Below are positions 9,054-17,859 of a stretch of DNA of 20,000 bases, piece after piece (within the stretch, counting starts at the first letter, position 1; every line of letters starts with the position of its first letter). The stretch lies in the NCBI GenBank assembly GCA_003971905.1, contig RSEE01000117.1:172593-192592 (forward strand). Direction: 5' to 3'. The DNA is from Moniliella sp. 'wahieum' (lineage: Eukaryota). The position numbers were made by a program, and so were the translations under genes. Below the pieces are notes generated by a model that saw only the letters and a program-made list of their open reading frames with translations, searched no databases and had not been told where the DNA came from.

Positions 9054-10473
9054 ATGTCCGCGGTGGCCACCGACACAGACGGGCTTGCTGCGCTGGCTTC
9101 GGCCTCGGCCTCGGCTTCTTCCTCACCCTCTGCTTCGGCCTCTCCCGAAGCCGGCCGGGCACGCAAGCGGCCCACTCCGCCTCTGGTCCCCGACGATCCC
9201 GCCCAGACCACCCTGACCGCGGGGAGCAAACGGCCGAAGGTGCTTACGCCGGACCGGCAGGCGCGCTTGGAGGCGCGGCAGGCGCGCAACCGCCTGTCGG
9301 CCCAGGCCAGCCGCGACAAGAAGAAGAACTATGTGTCGCAGCTGGAGCGGCAGCACGCGCAGTTGTCGCAGGACCAGGCTGAGCTGTGGCACAAGCTGCA
9401 GGACTACGAGACTCGGTTCCACACGATTGGCGTGCTGCTTGGCGCGAACGCTACGGACGACGCACGGCACACGTTGCGTCAGGTAGCGGCCTATGTCGCT
9501 GCCGTCGGCCAGCCAGGTCCGGTACCCCTCGATCCGACCGTTCCCGTCCCCGTTCCCGCTGCTGCTCCCGCTTCCGCTCCCGCTCCCGAAGGCGAGAAGC
9601 TCGTCTCCACCAGACCCACCAGCACCAGCCCCACAGCCTCCCCTCTTTCCTCCTCACATCTACCCTCGCCAATCCCACCACGCACGTCTTGCCCGCGTGT
9701 GGGCCAGCCCCGGCTCGTCAGCTGCGTCCAGCACGGCCCCCGCGCCACCTGCGACGCCAGCATCGGCATCGGCACCAGCACCACCAGCATCGGACCGGGA
9801 TAAGGCTGACCGCGACGTGCCCTGCGCTGCTTCGGCCGGGCCCGAGACGTCGGAATTGAGCGCTCGCCTTCCTGCAGTGAAGGCGATCTCCCGCTGCGAG
9901 CGCTCTTCCCTCGCCCTCGACGCCCGTGCCGCTGCGGCCCACGACGCCGTCCTGCTCAGCCACCACTTTGCCCACCCCGCTTGACCTCGCGTCGTTGTTC
10001 CCCGCGGCGCTAGCCCCGACTCTGGTCCCCCTCCCGTCCCGGCCCCAGCTTCGGCACCAGCTCCAGCCTCATCCGACACCGCCAACGTGCTTCTCCCGCC
10101 CGAGACGTTGGCCGCGCTCATGCTGGACGTGGAGGACGCGGAGCAGGAACCATGCCCGGCCACCACGACGGACACTGGAGGCTCCCTGCCCTCGTCGCAG
10201 CACACTTGGTCTTGCCCAGGACCGGACGCGCAGCCGTGGATCGACACGTGGCTCATGCCGCTCGAGAGCTTGCCTGGCTCGCCGGTGGGTTGCGACGCGT
10301 CGGTGCCGTTGCCGTTGCCGTTGCCGTTGCCGCTTGGGTGGGACGCGTCGGTGCCGTGGCTGCCTGCGTGGGACGCGGACGCGTGTGCGGATGCGTGTGC
10401 TGACCCCCCGCTAGACCCACACCTTTACCCAGAGCTGGATGGGCCCGTGGGCGCGAGCGAGGGCGCGCTGTAG
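9054..10473 (+). CDS. HAC1: bZIP transcription factor, HAC1/XBP1/Cib1/Hxl1 unfolded-protein-response regulator; frameshifted in this sequence
   Basis: bZIP basic region RQARLEARQARNRLSAQASRDKKKNYVSQLE with a leucine zipper, resembling Ustilago Cib1. RLPAV is encoded across CCTGCAGT (compare Hac1 HPA motif) inside an Ire1-type stem-loop. The uninduced frame stops at TGA 9982-9984. An acidic Trp/Asp/Leu-rich activation-like tail ends at TAG 10471-10473. Confidence 0.88.
9852..9909 (+). other. Ire1 bifurcated stem-loop with predicted unconventional intron 9875-9893 (19 nt)
   Basis: TCGCCTTC-[CTG^CAGT]-GAAGGCGA (8-bp stem, 7-nt loop) and CTC-[CCG^CTGC]-GAG (3-bp stem, 7-nt loop). These are closed by GGAA..GAGCG / CGCTC-TTCC. 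Both loops fit the CNG^CNGN consensus. Confidence 0.88.
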
Positions 10474-11274
10474 CTCTGCCCGCTTGGCCCTGGTTGCGAG
10501 TAGTGGTTAGGGCTTGTATTGTTGTTTGTTTGATGTTGTTCGTACATCGTTGTTGGGGGTGTGTCGTAGTGGATTCGGTGGAGGTGTCGCAGCAGACAGC
10601 GTTGGTTACACGTTTAATTAAACGTTAAACGACAGGCGCACCCGGGCGGAACGCAGACACGCTGTTCCGCTCGAGTAGCGCTGCGGGTTAGGGGACGGAC
10701 TGGTCACGCGTCACGCGTCCCTCTGCAGGCTCAAGTGACTAGTGACTAGTGACTGGGCACACGCCCCGCGGCAGCACCAGGGCGCCCTCGCGCCGGCCGC
10801 TCCCCTGCACGGCATGGCGCCTGTGTGGGTGCAGGCCATCGCGTCACACACTGGCCTTGTGCGGCCGGCGGTGGGTAGGGTTGCGAGCTGTGTTACGTAA
10901 GACACAAGGCGGGGGACACTGGCGCGGTGGGGGGTATTGTGTGGGCACGGAGTGAGGGGCGGGGGATGGGTGACGGGGTGTCACCGGTCAGAGCTCCCCG
11001 CGCGGCCGCATCTCGTCGGCGTTTGGGCGCGTCGTCGTCTCTTCCAGGTGGTTGCCGTCGCCATCGCCAGAGCGCTCTCCACCACCGCCACGGCCGTCCC
11101 CGCCACCGCCTCCGCCGTCCCCGCCACCACCGTCCCCACCACCGCCACCACCGCCACCACCACCACCCCTACCGCGCACCTGGCTGCCTGTCTGCTCTCC
11201 TCCCTGCCCCCCCCTGCGCCAGCCCATGAGCGCGCTGCCGTAGACTGTGTGATCGCTGATCACTTTGTGCCGCC

Positions 11275-12501
11275 ATGGCCCAGCCGCCCGCCTACCCCTT
11301 CTCCCTCTTCCCGCCTGCCGCCACGGGCACTGGCCCCGGCACCACCAACGCCACCCCCGCCCCCAACACCATGTACCAGCCGCCCTCGAGCCAGTGGCCC
11401 TCGGCCGCCGCAGTCCCACCCGACTTTGCCTCGGTCCTGTCGGGTCTCTCGGCCGGCATGCCTTCGTCCCAGCTCCAGCCGCAGCAAGCGCAACACAGCA
11501 AGCGCAACAGCAGCAGCAACAACAACAACAACAACTGCAACAGCAACAACAACAACAGCAACAACACAACAACAACACAACAACCGCAACAGCAGACACT
11601 CCCCAACCCCGCCCTGTTTGCCGCCATGATGGGGCTCCCGCCCGGCACCCCTTGCGCCCCACCAGCAGCAGCTGCTTCTCCAGCAGCTGCGCCAGCGCCA
11701 GCAGCAGCAGGCGGCGTTTGCGCCTGGCCTCGGCACGCCTGCTGCGACGATGGGCATGCCCGGGATGCCGACGGCGTCCAGCATGCCTTCTGCTCCGGGC
11801 GCAGGTGCGGGCGCGATGCATGCCACGCCGACGGTCAATCCGGCGCAGATGCTGGGCTCGCCCTGGGCTGCCGCCGCGCAGCAGCAGCAGCAACAGCAAC
11901 AGCAGCAGCTGCACGCGTCGCAGGCCGTAACCGCCGGCCAGTCGCCCTCGCCTGCTGCGCACCGCACCCCGCAGCCCGCGCCGGCCCAGGCCCAGGCCCA
12001 GCTGCCCACGCCGCAGCGCCAGCGCCAGTCGTTCGCCTCCAACCTCGCCGCGAGCAACATGTCCTTCCTGGCGCAGCGGGCGGGCACGGCCGCCGCCCCG
12101 GGCCCAGGCCCAGGCCATCCCAGTGCCAATGCCAATCCCAATGCGAATCCCAATGCGAATCCCAATCCCAACAATGCCACCGCCGCGGCCGCCGCGTCGT
12201 CCGACCCGAGCTCCAATCCGTTTGCTGCGCTCTCGAGCCAGCTCGGCACTCCGACCCAGCAACAGGCCACGCCGAGCCAGACGCCCGCGCTGCCTCTGGG
12301 CCAGAACAGCACGCCGTTGGCCGCTTGGCTTTCCAACAGCGCTAACTTACAGCGAGCGGTACGTCTCCTCCTTCTGTCTCTGTCTTGTCTTTCTCCCCGC
12401 CGCCCACTGACACTGACGTTGGCCGGCATGCTCAGCAGGCGCAAACGCAGGCACAGGCGCTGGCCCAAGCCCAAGCCCAAGCCCAAGCCCAGGCTCAAGC
12501 C

Positions 12502-12533
<32 letters not shown>

Positions 12534-13878
12534 AGCGCAAGCACAAGCTCAGGCGCAAGCCCAGGCACATGCGCAAGCTCAGGCCCAGTCGTCCCAACCC
12601 ACGGCCTCTCCTATGCTCTCGCAGTTCGCCCAGGCGCAGGCGCAGCCCGCGGCGGCCGCGGCACAGATGACACCGCAGGCGCAGCCGCAGCCTGCGCCGT
12701 CGCAAGCACCGGGCAGGTCGCCGGCCATGACGGATACGGCGGCGGTGGCGATGCAGCAGTACAACATGCTGTATGCGCGCATGATGGAGCTCAACCAGCA
12801 AATTTCGCGCGAACGCGACCAGCTCAACCAGGCCAAGACCAATGAGGAGCGCGGCCAGATGGAGCGTCTGATCGCAGATCGGATGAATGTGCTGTCGACG
12901 TTGCGTGCGCAGGTGATGCAGTACCACACGCTGGCTCGCCAGGCGCAAGCGCAAGCGCAAGCGCAAGCGCAAGCGCAAGCGCAGGTCCAGGCGCAAGCGC
13001 AGGCTCAGGCGCAAGCGCAAGCACAGGCCCAAGCGCAGGGCCAAACGCCTGGCCCACTGGGCCAGGGAACTCCGCCCCAGGGCATGCTCGCCTCCATGCC
13101 GGCGCCGACGCCGGCGCAGCAACAGCAGATCATGGCCGCGACGCTGCAGGCGACACGGCAGAGCCTGACGGAGGAGCGTTTCAAGCACATCACGTCCGAA
13201 CTGTTGGCCAAGCGCGGCTCGGCGTGGCCGGCAGATCCGCGCGTGAACAATGTGCCGGTCAACTTGTTCCGTCTGTACCAGACTGTGGCCGGGTACAACG
13301 GTTCGGATGCGGTGAGTGCGGCGGACGCGTGGCCGAGCGTAGCGATGGCCTTGGACCTCGTCCCGCGCCCACCGGGCCCACCTACCGTCCCGCCCGCCGC
13401 GCGCCACGTCGCACCCGCCCTGCTCCAGCTCTACACGCAGTACGTCAAGCCGTTCGAGGAGGCGTGGAAGATGGTCGTGCGAAAGCACCAGATGTTGCAG
13501 GCGGCGCGACTGCAGCAGCAGGCTGCGAGCCAGGCTGGCCAGGTGGGCCAGGTGGGGCCGACGGTCGGAATCAGTTCCCCGGCCGCGCCGCCTGCCTCTG
13601 AGCCGGCTCCTGCTCCGCCGTCGGTACAGGCTCCGGCTCCGGCTCAGGTACAGCCACAACCACAGCCACAGCCTCAGCCTCCAACCCAGGCCTCGCAACC
13701 GTTTGCCCAGCTGGCCAACTTGTCGCAAATCACGCCCCAGCAGCTGGCTTCGATGAGCATCACGCCGGAGCAGTTCAATGCCTTGCTGAGGAACGCTCAG
13801 CAAACTGCCTTGGCTCAGCAGCAGCAGCAGCAGCACACAGCAACAGCAACAGCAACAGCAACACAACAGCAGCAACAA

Positions 13879-13912
<34 letters not shown>

Positions 13913-15970
13913 GGCAACACCAATCACAACCGCCACAACAGCAGCAACATCTGCCACCACAGCAACAGCAACAGCAACAGCATCCGCAACAGCAACAGCA
14001 ACAGCGACACCAGCCCCCGCCAAACCAGCAGCGGCCGCCCAGCCAGGCCCACCCGCAGGCTCAGTCTTCGCCGTTTGCGCAAGGACTTGCGCCGCAGCCT
14101 CCTGCTCCTGCTCCGTCCATGTCCCAGTCGTCTCAGCCCATGCGCCAGCCTGTGCCCGCCCCCGGTTTGGCGCTCAATGGCGCGCCTGGCACCGTCGGAG
14201 CGCCGGGAGCACCGGGGGCACCAGGGGCAGCGAGGCCTGGACCCGGCGGGACGGCTGCACCGGGTGCGCCCGGTGCGCCGTCGGCACTGACGATTACGCC
14301 CGAGATGGTGGAGGAAGGACGTCGGGCGACGTTGATGGTGGAAGAGGCGGCGCAGCGGGACGCGGAAGCGCGTCCGTTCCAACCCATCTCGGACATGCCC
14401 GAGTCGGAAAAGATCCAGGTGGTAGCTTCGCTGAGCCAGCTGCGGCCACTGACAATGCTAGCGCGCGCGCTGCAGCGCGTTCTGTGGGCGCTGGACCAGC
14501 GCGGACTGGCTAGCAAGCAGTTGGCTCAGGTCCTGCTGCTGTTGCGCGAACAGATTCGCCTCGCGCCCCAGGGCATCTTTATCATCCGCTACGCCGACCT
14601 CGAGCCGCGCATGCTCCAGCTCCGCCGCATCATCCAGGTCGTCCGCGCCAAGGCGCCCGAGCACGTCCAGCACATCACCACCAGCGTCGGCGCCGCGCTC
14701 GGCTTCCCGCCGTCGCAGTCGCAGCCACCCGCGGCGCCGCCGCCAGCGTCCTCGCAGCCGCCGAACGCGGCGGGACAGGCTGTTCCGGCGCAGCTGCCGG
14801 CCGCGCAGGCGCAGGCGGCTCAGGCACAGGCCCAAGCGCAAGCCCGCGCGCAGGCGCAGGCGCGCGCACAAGCGCAAGCACAGGCCCAAGCGCAAGTGCA
14901 GGCCCAGGCACAGCAGGCCAAGCACAGGCACAGGCCAAAGCACACGCCCAGCGCAGGCGCAGGCAGCACAGCCGGCGGACAGTGGCACGGCACGCCGCCC
15001 CTGGCCGCGAAGCGGGCGTCGCTCGAGGCGAGCCGGGCAAGCCCGTGTCGAAGCGCGGGCGTAACCAGGCCGCCGCCACGCCCGCCATCGACCTCGGCCT
15101 CGACCTCGACCCCGGGCCGTCGATGCTGCCTCCGGCCGCGCCGCTGTCGGCGCCGGACGATGCCGGTGCGTGGCAAGCGCGCCGCGCGGTGCGCGGCCGC
15201 GGCAGCGGGAAACGTGGTGCCAGAGCCACGCTTCGTCCCACTCGGTCTCGTCGATGCCCAGCCCGGCGCTCGCCTCTGCTGCCTCCCCCACGTTTTCCTC
15301 CTCCTCCACCCTGTCGGGCATCAAGGCGTCCGTGGCGTGCCGGACTGGCGGCGGCACAGGCGGCGCTGCGACAGCCGTCCAACCTCTCCCCAAGGACCCA
15401 GCCGCCATGGTCCCCTTTGCCCTGGCCAGCCTGGGCCAGACCAAGGACCAACCGCCTGCGCCGTGGGAGCCCACTTCGCTCGGCACGCTGGTGGGCCAGC
15501 TGGACGCGGGGGGCAACGGCCCCACTGGCCCAACGGTCCCAGCGGTCCCAGCGGTCCTAATGGCCCAACGCCAGTGGCGGCAGCAGCGCCTCGGCCCCCA
15601 CTTTGGCCGACGACCCGACCGCCGCGCGCGCCGCTGCCGACGCAGCGGCCGCACGCGAGATTGAGATTATGAATTACCTGACGTTTGAAGCGGATGTGGT
15701 GATCTCGAGCCCGAGGCGGGCGGGGACGAGTCGGTGTCGGTGCATGCGACCCCGGCGTTGGAAGCGGCGGCGGGCATGCCCCGCCCAGGCTCCCGTCCTA
15801 GCACCACCGACTTTCTCGCTGCTGGCTTGGATTTGAGTTCGTCCGACGAAGGTGAGGCCTCGCCCTTTGACCCGCCGCCCGGCCCGCTCCGACACGCTAA
15901 ACCCCCCGGCGACGCGTGGTGGGATACGAACCATGTCCTGCATGGCGAGCATTTGGCCCTCCTCCCCTGA
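11275..15970 (+). CDS. Large Q/QA-rich nuclear protein with ARID (BRIGHT) domain and a possible Gal11/Med15-like helical domain; one intron (12359-12435), several frameshifts
   Basis: ARID signature at about 13165-13467: F...L.KRG..P.V....[20 protein letters not shown]....WPSVA..L....[15 protein letters not shown]. PolyQ and (QA)n tracts, a helical domain at about 14293-14652, and an acidic C-terminus ending ...[11 protein letters not shown] at 15970. The start ATG at 11275 is in a CCGCCATGG context. Confidence 0.8.
12359..12435 (+). other. Spliceosomal intron of the ARID gene (77 nt) with NAGNAG acceptor
   Basis: GTACGT donor, CT-rich tract, tandem CTGAC branch motifs, CTCAG/CAG acceptor. 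The phase-0 splice joins ...NLQRA to QAQTQAQ... Confidence 0.88.
12436..12588 (+). repeat. Coding (CARGCN)n hexamer repeat encoding poly-(QA); further QA tracts at about 12940-13038 and 14805-14915, and polyQ at about 13816-14003
   Basis: Visible caagcccaggctcaggct... and cagcaacag... tracts in frame with the ARID ORF. Confidence 0.9.
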
Positions 15971-16024
15971 GGCCTGATCTTCCGCGTCGGCTCGGGTCGC
16001 GGCCGCAGATGTTGATCTCCATGT

Positions 16025-16094
16025 CGATGGTGATGGATGGTGATGGTGATGGTGATGGATGATGGTGATGGTGATGTGATGGTGTGATGGTGAT
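16025..16094. repeat. (GATGGT)n imperfect repeat downstream of the ARID gene
   Basis: Visible tgatggtgatggtgatgg tract. Confidence 0.85.
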
Positions 16095-16260
16095 CTGGAT
16101 TTGGCTCCTCTGCGTCTGGGCGTCTCTTCCAATGCCACCCCCCCCTACCCCCCTTTCGTCCTGCCCACTACGTGTGGCAAGGACAAGGGACACGCAAGTA
16201 GATACCGCGCGAATGGCGACGCGACGACCGACCGTGTTTGAGTTTTTGATCTGTCCCGTT

Positions 16261-16352
16261 CCTTCCGTCCTCCCCCCCCCCCTTCCCTCCCCCCCCTTCC
16301 CCCCCCCTTTCCCCCACCGTTTCCCCCCGTTTCCCCACCGTTTCCCCCCTCT
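16261..16352. repeat. C-rich low-complexity tract with TTTCCCCC(A)CCG-like units
   Basis: Visible runs of C separated by TT/GTTT spacers. Confidence 0.85.
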
Positions 16353-17859
16353 TTCACAGCTTACTCGCTTCCAGCTACTACTGCCACCCTTCCTGTGGTT
16401 TGTGTTGCCGTGTTTTCCTAGTGCACCTTTGGCGACTGGTCCTTGGCTCCTGGATATGTACGATTATCTATTTTGCGTTCAGTGGTTCTCGCGTTGGTGC
16501 TAGGCTGCTGCCTGGCAACAGGCGTTCGTTTTGTTGGCAGGGCGTGGGGTCGGGCGCAGGGCATCTACCCCTCGCGGGACTAGGGTGGGGGTGCTTGAAG
16601 GAGGGCGATGGTAGATTTCGGAGGGGCAGGAGTGTAACAGTCGGGGCTAAACGAGGGAGACCATTGAAGGTCCTGTCAGAAACAGGGGAAATGGCAAGAT
16701 CGTTCGAGTGGGAGTAGGAAATAGAGCATCGGGCAGAGAGCAGAAGCAAAGGAAACTACACTGGTGAAGAGTGAGAGACACTGAGGATGCAGAATGGAAT
16801 TGGAGCAGCTTAGTCATTCGGTGACACAGTCAGGGGAGAGAGGGAGGGCGAGTCGGAGTGTGGACTCAGCTCGCACACTGCAGGAAGAGATCGAGATCGT
16901 TGGTGAGGATGGGCACCGAAGAAACCGTCGGATGCGGAGGATTGGGCCGATCCTGATCCGGCATGTTGAACGTTGAGGCTGGCGATCGACTCGGGGATTC
17001 CATGAGAACGTGAGAAGTGAGTGAAATGAAAGGTTGGGGTTGTCGACTGCTTTATTGGCCTTCGGGACATTCAGCGAAGAAGGACGACCCGTCATGCTGC
17101 ATGGAGGGGAGAAAGCATTGGTTTCGTCCTATCGACGGCCGGCGCTCATCATACAGGCAGACCTTATACTCTTTCAGAGGGGTGGGACCAGGACTCCGAC
17201 AATAAGGACGCACACCACAACATCGCGCAACGCAAGACTCCAGGCAAAGACGTCGACGTCGGGGAACGCCACAGCCGAGAAGATTGAAGCACACCACAAA
17301 CTGCGGCATTGCGAAAAGGCGTGCCTAACTGGAGGGCCACTCCAGAAGAACCCGCCCACAAGATCTGTGTTCTCTGCTGTTCTTCCCCCTGGCCGTCATG
17401 TTATGCGGGCGGGTACTCTGGCACTCTGACCTACTCCACCACCGCCGCAACTGTCAAAAGGAGTGAACAAACACTGCCTGAGGAACCTACGGTTCTCAGT
17501 ACGGACGCGTCTTTTCTGTGGAACAGATTAGCTCACGCTGCCATGCACATTATTATGTCCACAACGTTATACCAGTCCGTTCCCACAGTTGCGCTACGTC
17601 CGATTTGGAAACAAATAGGCGCGGGCTTCAGAGGGAGGCCTGGAACTACTGCAGTGCACCACCAATCGGGTGCCTCATTCGAGCACGCGCCGATGGACTG
17701 AGTACTCGTGTTTGTCTCGCCTCATTTCTACGTTTGGGACAAACATGCAGCCGTCCAAGAACCCCACGCTTTCCCATTCTTTCCTTTTCTTCGCTACAAG
17801 TACATCCCTTAGAAGAAAACAGCCCAAAGGGAAACGAGATTGCATTCCTGTCCTGACCC

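Noticed and set aside
9929..9935. Alternative 3' Ire1 site CCG^CTGC
   Set aside because: It lacks a closing stem around a 7-nt loop and would remove 57 nt (no frameshift); the 9891-9897 site fits much better.
11260..13923. 887-aa minus-strand ORF and other long antisense ORFs
   Set aside because: Shadow frames of GC-rich, CAG/CAA-repeat coding sequence (poly-L/C, RL repeats) with no domain content.
11275..15970. Calling the ARID gene SWI1
   Set aside because: No large C-terminal ARM/BAF250-type domain is visible, so the symbol was withheld.
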